Shown piece by piece: positions 39,144 through 50,935 of a stretch of DNA of 64,000 nt. Location: contig NC_059432.1 of the NCBI RefSeq assembly GCF_021028975.2, positions 29,326,001-29,390,000 of the forward strand. The letters run 5' to 3'. The DNA is from Sphaerodactylus townsendi (taxonomy: Eukaryota). The first letter of the stretch is position 1, and each line of letters begins with the position of its first letter. The notes under the pieces were generated by a model. It searched no databases, had not been told where the DNA came from, and saw only the letters and a program-made list of their open reading frames with translations. Both the position numbers and the translations under genes were made by a program.

Positions 39144-39451
39144 ACATTATCAACCAACATTACACTAGTTAATATGAAATGGCTTGACATACTAACTCAC
39201 TTGATGTACACATGACTGTCAGTTCAGACTATTGTATTAATGACATGGCAAATTGGAAAATGAAAAATGTCAATCACAACACTTGTAGCTTGAGGCTATT
39301 GTCTAATCTTCTCCCAAACCACACTGGACAACTATGAGCCAGTGCTATCTTAACCTGGAATCTAATTACCAGTAGCAAAGGCAAACTTCTCTTGGGAGAA
39401 ACATAGAATCATGACCTAGAGACCTAGGACCACAACTGAGCAGGTTCTATC

Positions 39452-39658
39452 TAGGGTTGCCCACTCTGGGTTGGGAAATATCTGGACATTTTGGAAGTGG
39501 TGCCTGGGAAGAGGCGGGTTTGTGGAGGGAAGGGATGTGCAACAGGGTATAATGCCATAATGTCTGCCCTTCAAACATCCATTTTCTCCAGAAGAACTGA
39601 TCTTGGTTGTCTGAAGATCAGGGGATCTCCAGGTTCCACCTGGAGGTGAGCAACCTAT
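39452..39658. mobile_element. TAGGGTTGCC-type MITE
   Basis: Ends TAGGGTTGC / GCAACCTA(T); perfect 8-bp TSD GTTCTATC. Related fragments at about 42140-42430 and 59927-60170. Confidence 0.7.
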
Positions 39659-42600
39659 GTTCTATCTCATATGGCTACTTACCACATTTCCAGTGCAAGC
39701 ACAGTGTCTAAGATAAATGTTAAAATACATTAGGTTCATAAAGGGGTAGTTCTGTTTATATTCTGGACCCAGACAGCTTAGAGCAGTGGTTGTCAGTCTT
39801 TCCAGACAGGAATTATGCTTAAAAACTAGGGCACTTCAAGATCCAGTAAGCTGAAGGTATCTGGGTTAGAAAATATTCCAGTTCTAAAAATTCTTTGTTT
39901 CATAAAAGTGGTAACAACAAATAGATGGTGCTGCCAATACAATTCGGGTTTCCAACTGCCTAGACAAAAAAAAAAGTCATGTCCCTTTAGTAGAAAATTA
40001 ATGTGGGTTCTTTTATATCAGCTAAATCTTACTTTGTCAATTTCTTTTAACCTTTATCCTCAAACCATTTGAGGTGCATGAACTATAGAGGGTAGATTGA
40101 TTTACTTTATGCAATTTTGCTCCGAGAAAACAACTTGGCCTTCAAGCATAGCCTTGTAATCATCATTTTCTCGGACCGTTTCTATTAAATTAATTAGTTT
40201 GCCAAACTAAAATTCATCATATCCTGAATATTCAGCACAACTTGAATTCAGGTACTACATTCTGGTAAGATCAGAAAAAAAATTCTGCAGGTAATGTCAT
40301 AATTATATATTTTTACAGCAGATCAACATGCACACACACAAAAGGCAGAAAAGAAAAGTATGCTGATTTGGTACCACGTGTAAAGGATGGCTAGTCACAG
40401 AAACGGGGAAAACAGAGGAAATTTCTGGATGGAAGTCTCATTGCTCCTGCAGCAGCAATGGAAAAATCATGTCAGCGCTGCTATCTGGATTACTTCATGA
40501 CATTCTACCAGTATTTAAATTGAAGTGTTTGTGATGATTTTTGAGAAGACTGACTCCCAACTAGAGTGGCAGCATTCTGAGTTTATAAGTGGCACCACCA
40601 GTTGTCTCTTTCTGCCAGTTAGTGCAAACATAATCTCAAGACTCTGGATTTTTGCAAAAAGATTCCATCTGCCACATAGCCTCCATTCTTTTCCACATAC
40701 TGAATGAGAAATTAGGGTATAGCTGATGCCCCACTGTTAGCAGCCCTTCACGGCTTCTGTGGTGCCCCTTCCTGTTTGAAACTTTTGTTAGAGCTAGTGC
40801 TCCTTTGTTGTACTGACAGATGTCTGAGATTTTTTTCAAAAGAGGGAAAAATCTTTTTGTGTACTGTAGGGATCCATCCATTTTTTTGGCTGTTACCAGC
40901 AGTCTCAAATGCTTTGTAACCCCTTCTTCTTCCCTGCATAAATCTACTGTATACTTGATCGTTTTTGGTAATCTGTGTCACATTCAGTCATGCACTGTAG
41001 AGTATTGAATAAAAGATTCACTCAATTCTCTAGTCACAAGTTTGCAGAAATAAATTCAAAATAATCACAGACAACCCCAGGCTTTCTTTTTTTAGTCAGA
41101 ATTCCAATGAAGGATTAGTGCCTTTCATACCTAATAGCTATTCTGCAAATACAGTGTTCTCAAACAATAAACTCTCACGCATAGTTTTCCTTTTTTCCTA
41201 TCTGGATTATCACCCAAAATATGAAAAACCTGTCTTCTGTACATGCCAGATAAAGAAATAATTCTATGAAAGTCTCTTATCTAGTCTACCTACAATGCAG
41301 TTTGAACAGTTATTTATATTAACTGTCTTTCCTTCAAACAACAACTTGCGGAGGGCTTCAGAAAGGTCATTATTTACTGTTTTGCTTTCTTCTTTCACTC
41401 TGATATATATTTGTCATAACAACCTTTGTAAAATGATACCACAGCAGACTGATTAGAAGAACTCTTAACTCTATGAGCTCTTTTATTATGACTGACCTAA
41501 AAATGGCTATTGTCCTATTTAAAATTTCTTCTGGTGACCCATGTGGAACGGCTTCCCTCCATACATTCATGCACTGAACACTTTGGTTCCTACTATTATC
41601 TCAGGTATTAAAGAGTAACCAATTCCTTTAAGTTAGATGGAGTACACATTCTCTTGTTAAGAATGTAGGGACATATGCTACTATTACTTTTCTTCATGGT
41701 AACGGGCTATTATATGCTGAGCAGTATATTGAGCATAGGAGCAGCACAGCCTGTATGAACTAAATCCAAAACATATTTACAGTGCAGTTCTTAGTAGTTA
41801 TTGTCAATGGACCTTAAGGACAAGGTCCTATTTAAAGAGGCAGGTCAGGCAGGACAAAACCAGAATGCTGAAGTATGGATCCTCCTACCTGAAGGTATCA
41901 CTGCCATTAGCCCCCCTTCCTACCCAGCTAGCTAGAGAGCAAGGGACAAAGCCTCTAGCTCTCCCAGGTCTAAGAATAAGAAAGTCACCCTTGCAAGCTA
42001 GGATACTTTAAGGCATGTTCCAGAAAACAATGACTCTAGCAGCTATAGCCAATATGTGTTAAAGTGCTGGATTCAGAGTGAAGCCCCCAAATACCACAAA
42101 ATATAATTAAAGTGATTTATTATTAAATTGTGCATAAATTGTGCACAGGTTTTCCCAGTAATTCCTAGAGAGGAGTGACATCACTTTTAGTGTTTTCCTG
42201 GAAGTGTCATCACATCATCAGCCAGACAGCCATTTTTAAATGTTATTTTTTGCTTGTCACCGAAAGGGAACCTGGGGATCTCCCGCTCTGAGTGGAGGGT
42301 GTGTGGGTTGGCAGTCCTAGTCCACCCTCCAAAGCAGGTATTTTCTCCAATGGAACTAAACTCTTTAGTCTGGAAATCAGTTGTAATTCCAGGAAATCTC
42401 CAGGCCTTATGTAGAAACTGACAACCCTACCCATTAACCGTGCCACGTGCCCTGCTGGATGCTTGATACCCCTGATTTTGCAGTGACAGGCAAGGTTAAA
42501 GTCTCGAGTCTGGCAGATGGCCTACCTTTACCTTGGTACTCCACAGGTGTGTGAGATGGACAGGATCAAAGTAAACTTACCACCTGCTCCTTCTTTCAAA

Positions 42601-43479
42601 CAAACACTATTTATTTCATATTAGTAAAAATCTCATTGAAGAAATACACCCTAATTACTAAAAGCATTTTAAATTTAAGACATTTTGTGGATGGATGGTT
42701 CACAGTGCAATCCTAAGAATGTTTCCTTGAGGGTAAGTCCTGTTGAATATATTTGAATTAGATTCTGAGGCTTGATTAGGATTGCTATCGGAAGGAAAAG
42801 AAGTTAGCAATTCTGCCAAGAAGTCCTATGTTAATCAATGAGTCTTACTTCCAGGAAAGTGTTTTTAGGACTGCACAGATATGTACTGTTATTAGCTTCA
42901 TTTGGAGCCTGCCTTTCTCTTTGGTATTCCAGGTGCATTTCAAACATGAATAAATACCATTCACTCAATCAGCAAGTGAATTATAAAGTAATTTAACAGC
43001 AAAGATTCTATGTAAAATGGAATTTTAAAACAATCTCATGATGTGTTGCTTATTTTCAAACACTTCTGGTGGCAACAAGGGAGGACAATTCAAAGGTTCA
43101 AAAAGTATGGGGAAAGTAAGAAAGCTGTCTCCAAATCTGACACTTCCTTACAGTACTAAAACAGTGCCAGAAGGCCAGAACTATATTAATGCACAACATT
43201 TCATGATTTTTGCTGTACATTCCTATGCAGAGTTGCTCCAGTTGAAACCCACTGAAATTTCCTGCCAAAGGTTCTGTGCCATTTAGCAGCTGTATAGAAA
43301 ATGCAATCCTAGGTAGAGTTACATCCAAAGGAATTGCACTATTGGTCAGCCTCAGGGAGCAAAACCAGATTGGAGCTTTGTGGCACTTTGGAGACAGATA
43401 GTAAACTGACACGAAATTTAATTAGTATTTAACAGGCTCAAGACTCCCATTCATCAATGAACAGTTTACAGCTCCATTC

Positions 43480-43698
43480 TATAACCTTCTCAGCAAAAAC
43501 AACTAATTAAAATTGTAACTTCATCAGTCATGTGCTGGACGTGTTTTTTTTTAGAGCGCTCCGCTTGGGTTCTAGTGCCTACTTAGCAGAACTAGGTAGG
43601 CACTAGGACCCAAGCAAAGCATTCTAAAACAAAGAACGTCCAGCATGTGACTGATGAAGTTACAATTTTACTTAGTTGTTTTTGTTGAGAAGGTTATA
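43480..43698. repeat. 219-bp near-perfect palindrome (fold-back MITE-like)
   Basis: TATAACCTTCTCAGCAAAAACAACTAA ... TTAGTTGTTTTTGTTGAGAAGGTTATA; the arms pair almost up to a short central loop. Confidence 0.9.
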
Positions 43699-43749
43699 AC
43701 TTCATTTGCTCAGAAATAGATTGCCAACAAGTTTAGAGTCTGTTGTGGA

Positions 43750-44468
43750 TGGTACTGGTTGGTGGAAGGTGGCAGTAGGGTTTGGTGGGTGGTAGTGGGG
43801 TGTAATGGGGTAGTAGGTAGTAGAGGGTAGCAGCAGGTGGTAGTAGTGGGGGATGAGTAGCAGCTGATGTGGTGGAGAGTTTTAGGGGTAGTAAGGCATA
43901 GTGGGAGTTAGTAGGGGTAGTGAGTGGTAGTGGGTTTGAATGGGGGTAGTGTGTTTTGTGGGTAACAGTGGGTGGCAGTGTGTTGGTGGGTGGTAGTGTT
44001 GGGTATTTGGGGGAGTTGTGTGGTAGCAGGGGGTGGTGGGTGGTAGTATTGGGTTGTGAATGGTAGTGGATAGTGGTTGGTGGCAGTATGGTGTGGCAGT
44101 GGTAGTGAGTGTAATGGGGGTAGTGGGTGGTAGTTGTGGGGAATTTTGGTGGGGAATTTAGGGGGCATGGTGGGGGATTTTGGGGGGTAATAAGGGGTCA
44201 TGGGTGGTGGGTTATAGAAGGTGGTGGTATTGTGTTGTAATGGGCAGTAGTGGGGGTAGTGGGGCGTAATGTTGGGTATTTAGGGGTGGTGTGTGTTAAT
44301 AGGTGGTAGTGGGGATGGTGGATAGTTGGTGGTAGTTAAATGGTAATGGTGGGTAGTTGATGGCAGTGGGGTGGTGTGTTAGTGAGGGTGGTGAGTGGTA
44401 GTATGTTGTAGTGGAGGGTTGTGTGTGTTGGTAGGTGGTAGTAGAGGTGATAGGTGGTAGTGGGTGAT
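43750..44468. repeat. G/T-rich low-complexity tract
   Basis: About 720 bp of degenerate GGTAGT/GGTGGT/TGGG units, almost C-free on the + strand. Confidence 0.9.
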
Positions 44469-44484
44469 ACCCTGTTTTATCACT

Positions 44485-45106
44485 GGTCGATTCCCCATGG
44501 GGAAAATCATCCTGGGATCGGACCGGGACAATAAAGTACAGTACCTTTTGATTCCGGTCTGTCACTGCCCACAGCAGCTGAGGTCTGGAGTTGAAACTGC
44601 GATCAGAGCCCGGGAGCCTCCTGTGCTCTTCATTCCCGATTGGCTGTTGCTTTAGGGCGGGAACGTGAATGGGAGTTCCTTTTTTTGTTTTTACGTAACA
44701 GCTACGTAGCTATGTCGTTACAAAGCATAGAGCTTCATGGACAAGAACAGCACACAAACATGCACCTATCAGTTGCATGGTTATGGCTTCGCATGCAAGA
44801 AAAAAAGGCGTGTTCCTGCCCGCCCTGAGTCCCCCATTCTGCGCATGCCCAAGAGACTTAGCTGTGATTGGCTGACAGAACAAACGGAGACTCAGGGCAG
44901 GAAAACGATTCCCCATGATACTGGGCTCATCCCGTGTTCACCAGAAAAGATATACCTTCCTGGTGGTTTCTGAAAAACCCTGGATGAGGGGGGTATTGCA
45001 GGGCTGGCATGGGACTGAGCCGAATTCGACCCAGGAGCCGTGGGGAGTTCTCCCGTTGTCCCGGGGCACCTACTGGAGCACATTATTTCCCCATGGGGAA
45101 TTGATC
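44485..45106. mobile_element. PIF/Harbinger-like non-autonomous element, about 620 bp
   Basis: Imperfect TIRs GGTCGATTCCCCATGGGGAAA / TTTCCCCATGGGGAATTGATC, sub-terminal CCGGGACAA/TTGTCCCGG, 3-bp TSD ACT. Confidence 0.65.
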
Positions 45107-45455
45107 ACTGAGTAAAATACAACCAATCAAATCATAAAGGATGCAATCCTAAAAACCCTTTTCTAGGAGTGAGTATGTGCCTGTGTAAAGTGCCACCAAA
45201 TCACAGCTGACTTATGGGGACAGGCAACAGACATTCCAAGGTGGTTTGCCATTGCCTGCCTCCCTGCTTGCTAAAAGAGTTCTAAGAGAACTGTGACTGG
45301 CCCAAAGTCACCTCAGGGTTCATGTGGAGGGGTGGGGAAACAGTCTGTAGCTCTTAAACAGTACACCATGCTGGAGTAAAACCCCATTAAATAGAACAGG
45401 GCTTTTTTTCTGAGTAGACCTGCTTAGCCTTGTTCTCACCTTTGACATTTTAAAC

Positions 45456-45844
45456 CAATGGTTCTCAACCTGGGGGTCGGGACCCCTTTGGGGGGGGTTG
45501 AACAACCCTTTCACAGGGGTCACCTAAGACTCTCTGCATCTGTGTTTTCCATCTGTAAAATGGATACATGTTAGGGTTGGGGGCAGTGGTGGGATTCAAA
45601 AATTTTAATAACAGGTTCTGATGGTGGTGGGATTCAAACAGTGGCGCCGCCGCACACACACACCTCCAGTCCCTACTGGGCAGGGAGGCTGCTTTAGTAA
45701 CCCCTTCTCCGCACTCAGAAAAAATTAGTAACCACTTCTAGAGAAGTGGTGAGAACTGGTTGGATCCCACCTCTGGTTGGGGGTCACCACAACATGAGGA
45801 ACTGTATTAAAGGGTCGCGGCATTAAGAAGGTTGAGAACTACTG
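45456..45844 (+). mobile_element. SPIN/URR1-type hAT MITE interrupted by a second MITE
   Basis: Same TIRs and internal sequence as 63-248; perfect TSD TTTTAAAC. Confidence 0.88.
45584..45775. mobile_element. hAT MITE (CAGTGGTGGGATTC family) nested in the SPIN MITE
   Basis: TIRs CAGTGGTGGGAT / ATCCCACCTCTG; perfect 8-bp TSD GTTGGGGG derived from the host element. Confidence 0.88.
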
Positions 45845-45859
45845 TTTTAAACCCATCTG

Positions 45860-46990
45860 CAAATTTATTCGAACACCCCCCCCCGCCCCCGCCCCCGCCC
45901 CCGCCCCCTTTCCATTTCTTACAGAACATGCCCATTTGGGCACAGGCTCTGTTGAATGCAAGAACTATGCTGCAGCCCTGAGCCGGACGCATTTGGAAGC
46001 GCATCGCCTTGAAAGAAGCTGAATTCGCTTCAAAGTAGTCCCATGAACAAGCAGTCCCATAAACATCCCAGGCATGATTTGGGATAGCAGCCGGGCCTTT
46101 TTAAAAGGAGGGTCGCAGCCGCCGCCGCCATGTCGCGCGCCTTGGGACGCAGGCGCAATCGACCTACGCCACTCCCGTTTCCCTTCCGGCGTGTCCTCTA
46201 TGGTCGGAATAGACTATCCTCAGACCGCGTGAGCAGTGCAGGAATAATGGGTGGCGGGTCGCATTCCTCTGTGAGGGGTAAGCGCGTGCAGAAAAACGAG
46301 GGGACACGTTGTTTTTTGCAATGCAGGGGCCGAATGTGGGATTGCTTTTCAGCTGTCTACCCTTTTTTTTACCAGCGCTTTGCACTGGCCTGCGTTTGGT
46401 TTCCTTTCTTTCCCATCTCCTTGCCCACCTTTGGGAGAAACGAAGAAGAATCGAGTGATCCACTTTGCATTCTTTTGCTTGCTCCCCGTTGGGAGTTCTT
46501 TCTATTCAGTCCTCGGGTTTGGAGATGCGACTTTTTAAAGGGGCGGATTTTATTTCTGTGTTGCATGGCCAAGCTCCTCCGGCCTCTGCAATGACCTTCA
46601 GGGAACTTCTCCTCTCCCCCACTCCCCGACCTGTTTCACATTGCTGCCTGCTGCAGCTCTCGAGGGTCACCCACCAAGCTCCCTTGGAAGCCCATTCTGG
46701 CTGTGCAATGTGACGGATGTTTGTAGCGGCATCTTGCAGGGCGTGGAGTATTCGCGCTCTTTATTGTGGCACATAATGTGCATTTTAAAGGCGCCTTCCA
46801 GCGAGAAACTCCTGGGGATCGCGGTCGTGATTCACGTGTGTGCCTTTCTCGCACCCCTGTCTTGCTTTCCTGCCTTGATATGGGAAACAAAAAATGGTCG
46901 TGACGGCCAGGCAGCTAACAAGAAAATCCTAAGCAATTCTCGGCTCCTAGCGGCTTTGTCCTGAAAGATGGGCGTGCCTGTGTGTGCGGT
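45860..46990 (+). promoter_or_regulatory. CISD1: CpG-island promoter / first exon region of CISD1
   Basis: Tandem GC boxes at about 45877-45908, YY1-like GCCGCCATG at 46124-46132, NRF1-like CGCAGGCGCA near 46148, ETS CTTCCGG near 46183; high CpG density. Confidence 0.75.
46247..46277 (+). CDS. CISD1: CISD1 (mitoNEET) exon 1, MGGGSHSSVR(V)
   Basis: 31 nt with phase-1 donor G|GTAAG, which joins exon 2 to give SSVR-VEWI as in mammalian CISD1. Confidence 0.92.
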
Positions 46991-47389
46991 GCTTTGGTAG
47001 GTCACATAGAATGAGGTTGTAGGCAGGAAGCATTAATCCAAAGCGAAATGCAAACCCCCCACAAATACAGTACCGTTTGGTAGGACCAACTTAAAATTAC
47101 CCCAAATTGTGCAACCTTTTGAGTTCTCTGGAGCTCTTTATCAGGCTGTGACATTCACACATAAGGGGGTGTGTCTCTCAGATTATGGTTTTAAGGCAAG
47201 GCTGCCTATCTGTTTTATTTATTTATATTTTACATTTTTACCCTGCCAATCTCCCAAGGGACTCGAGGCGGCTTACCTATGTAATCATAATAAAATAATA
47301 CAATAATATAAAAACAACACAAAAAGTATACATATTAAAACCAATTTCAAGCAAGATGGCATAAAACCTACATAACAACATAAAGGAGC

Positions 47390-47930
47390 AAGGTCAGTAT
47401 TGGCGATCACATACAAAGCCCTTCATGAAATTGCCCCCTCTTGTTTATGGGGCTACTTCTTTTCCTATGTATGTTTTTCGCCACAACTATTTTCTCGTGC
47501 TAACGGATTTTATGAACGCGAATGTGGAGATGGGCAAAATCAACAGCAGCGAGTACAGGTGCTTTCTCTGTTGTGGCCCCCTCCTTGTGAAAAGGCCTGC
47601 CTCAGGAGGTAAGGAAAATTTCACATACACCCCTCCCCCCGATTGACTTTGTGCAAGAATTTAACTATTCAAGAGAGATTTCTGCACAGGTAATAGGGTT
47701 GTGTTGTATGAAATGATTCACAAACTTACTTGAATAAATGAATGACTGGGAATGTGGTCTGTACTGTTGTGTATGGCTTATGGTAAGTTGGATCCTGTTA
47801 TATAATTTCTGTACTATTTAATGTGTCATGTTAATATTTATGCTTTGGTTGTTTCTGATTGTTGCAGAGTTCTAAAATCCTATTGTCTTGGTTATTGAAT
47901 CTTGTTGACCGTACCGACTCAATCTGTGTA
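47390..47930 (+). mobile_element. Degraded LINE-2-like 3' fragment in CISD1 intron 1
   Basis: ITYKALH-type terminal ORF remnant followed by 3' UTR sequence shared with 22250-22560. Confidence 0.55.
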
Positions 47931-48392
47931 ATTAGTATCTGAATCTGATTCTGTTAAGTGTGTTCTGCTGACACTTCCTCTGCAGCTGCTAATTCAAAGT
48001 TTGGAATAATGTTGTTTATTGCCCAGGAAACTCTATAAGTAGACAGTGTAGTATACATATTGATTTATTTATTGGATTTATATCCCGCCCAATCCCCAAA
48101 GGGCTCTGGGTGGGTTACAACAAGCTTTGAACATTAAAATATGGCACTCAGCTCAAACTGGCTGAACACACATTAACAACCAGTGACCCATGCTGGAAAA
48201 TGATGCTCTTCTCACAGTCAGTGGGAGGCAAACCTTTTCTTGACCAAAGACAGTCTCCAAACAGGGCCTGCAACAAACCAAGATCTGTCCCCATATCCAC
48301 ATTCACTTGTTCATTTGCCAATGTTATACATGCCCTCAAATGTCAGCAGTGCCCTTCCACTTGAACATTGCACATGACTGGAAAGTGTATAT

Positions 48393-48533
48393 GGCCCCTT
48401 CCGCACACGCAAAATAATGCGTTTTCAAACCACTTTCACAACTGTTTGCAAGTGGATTTTGCCATTCCGCACAGCTTCAAAGAGCACTGAAAGCAGTTTG
48501 AAAGTGCATTATTCTGCATGTGCGGAATGAGCC
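48393..48533. mobile_element. PIF/Harbinger-like MITE
   Basis: TIRs GGCCCCTTCCGCACA / TGTGCGGAATGAGCC, internally palindromic, 3-bp TSD TAT. Confidence 0.8.
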
Positions 48534-49646
48534 TATGTGTTTTGCAGATGCTTTGTCTGGGGTTTTCCTTCTTGCCAGCTCATTATGTTCTGTTGATAGA
48601 TTTTTTGAGTGATTTAGTTAGCGCTGCCTACTTTCCTGAAGCAGGTGGTGGGTGGGTGGGTTCCTGGGAAGGTTCTGCAGATGCCATGCTGGGGAACTCT
48701 GATTTATGGTTCAATAGGCAGAAAGCAACTTGCTGTAGAGGCTTCTTAGTCCTCTGTTCTGAGGAAAAGATAGCTGAACACAATATCCGATCAGTTGTAC
48801 AGGCAGGACAGCTAAAGATAGAAAACTTCCAGAAGTGTCCAGGGGGGTTCCTTCAGAAAAACAAACAAAAAACAAGCAGAAATCTTTCATTATTGCATGT
48901 ATTTTGAGACATACTTTAAGGATATGAAATACATTGGAAAATAAAAGTACTCTTTGATGTAGGGATTACATTTATAAGTAGGAAATGTTTTATATGAACA
49001 GAATTTTATATATAGTTATTGATTGAGATGGAGCTGCATTCTGTCTCACCATAAAATATCCTAGTTTTATATTAGGGGTGGGTTTTTGTGCTAGATTGGA
49101 AAATGGAGGGTGGTGGAAAAATAAATAATTTGTGTTACTGTGCATAAATAAAATGACTTTTTTGTATTAGTATTTCCCCAGTCTTGTTTGTGGATCTCCA
49201 ATTTTATTGTTGGAGATCCATTCCTCATGTTTGTGTCAGTTTGTTACTTAGATACTCTTGTGGTAGGTAGTTTGTCCTGTGAGACTGTGTGTTTATATCT
49301 TTGTGATTGTACTCTGAAATTTATATATATTTTAAAAAACTTGTCCCAGTAGAAAAATTTCTATTGCCAGCCTACCAGTTCTAGGCCTAAATAAAAATAC
49401 AAAACAGTGAATCAGTTTTACTGGGTCACAGAATGCTTCCTTAGGCATCTTAAAGCAAAGAAGAGGACATGCAGGGCTCTTGCATGGACTGGGCAGCCCA
49501 ATGGTGTGTATGGGGGAGCAAATGGGCTTATTGAGTTGGCACAGGGTTGCGCCAGCACATCTGCTATCCCTACTGCCATAAGTAGTGTAAGTCCAAGGGC
49601 TATTCTGGGACCTTCCTGGCCTGAAAGGATAGTGGAAGGTTTAGGT

Positions 49647-49983
49647 CAGTGATGGCGAACCTTTTCGAGACCGAGTGCCCAAATTGCAACCCAAAACCCA
49701 CTTATTTATCGCAAAGTGCCAACATGGCAATTTAACCTGAATACTGAGGTTTTAGTTTAGAAAAAATGGTTTGCTCCGAGGCGCGCATTACTCGGGAGTA
49801 AGCTTGGTGAAGCAACTGGGTGAATCATGACCCTGGGAGGGTTTACTCGGAAGCAAAGCCAGCCTAGATGTGTGTGTGGGGGCGATTTTCCGCTCCCCCC
49901 ACATGACGATCTCTGTGCTTGTGTGCCCACAGAGAGGGCTCTGTGCCACCTCTGGCACATGTGCCATAGGTTTGCCACCACTG
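49647..49983 (-). mobile_element. Non-autonomous hAT element (CAGTGGTGGCGAACC family)
   Basis: Reverse copy; perfect TSD GTTTAGGT. Confidence 0.9.
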
Positions 49984-50581
49984 GTTTAGGTCTTTGGAGC
50001 TCTTCAGAGGGGAGGCATTTCTGGGCCAGGCACTGTTGAGCTGTGCAGTGCTTGTCCACCTCCCAGTTTTCCCTCCCTTTAGGTGGCTAGGTTTTTTTTT
50101 AATTTTTGCTGCTATGCCGCTTTGAAGCCCTCTGGAGGTAGCACGGCAGCATAGCAGCAACACTGCCCTGGTAGCCATAAATTAACCACCTGTGATCTTC
50201 TGCACTGGGCACATAGTAGCAAGCTTAGTCCTGAATCACTTTGAGACAAAACCCATGCAGATATGACTTCAGCTGTGCCCAACAGTACATATATGTCATT
50301 TCCTCTCCTCCTTCTTGAAGCTTGAAAAAAAAATTATGTGGGATCAAAATGCTACCTCGCTGCTCTGATAATTTAAGATGATTCTTATACAATTTTTATG
50401 ACCCAGTTCCTGTTGAGTTTATGTAAGTCACTGTACCCTGTTCAGGATAAAGATGACAGGAGGTTTGTGAATTCATCTGCCATTTCTGAACTGACTTAGT
50501 TCTAGAATGCTCTGCTTGGGTCTTAATGCCTTGGGGACAGAACTAGGTAGGCAGTAGCAGCATTCTAGAACAGAGATGGTC

Positions 50582-50935
50582 CAGTGGTGGCGAACCTATG
50601 GCACTGGTGCCAAAGGTGGCACTCAGAGTCCTCTCTGTGGGCATGTGCGCACAGAGTTCGTCATGTAGGGGGAGCAGAAAATCACCCCCACACACACACC
50701 TAGGCTGGCCTTGCTTCTGAGTAAACCCTCCTAGGCGCGTGATTCACCCATTCGAAGCATTGCACGGTTGCTTTACCAAGTTTACTCCCAAGGAACACGC
50801 GCCTCGGAGCCAACCGTTTTTTCTAAACTGAAACCTCAGTATTTGGGTTACATTGTGGTGTTGGGACTTTGCGATAAATAAGTGGGTTTTGGGTTGCAAT
50901 TTGGGCACTCGGTCTCGAAAAGGTTGCCATCACTG
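50582..50935 (+). mobile_element. Non-autonomous hAT element (CAGTGGTGGCGAACC family) inside a fold-back element
   Basis: Same TIRs and internal sequence; no intact 8-bp TSD (agatggtc vs gtctagga). Confidence 0.85.

Noticed and set aside
43651-43720. CTGATGA as a hammerhead core in the large palindrome
   Set aside because: No correctly placed stem II-GAAA and NUH cleavage site; the heptamer is just part of the palindrome arm.
43908-44565. Pro/Thr/His-rich ORFs
   Set aside because: Translations of the G/T low-complexity tract.
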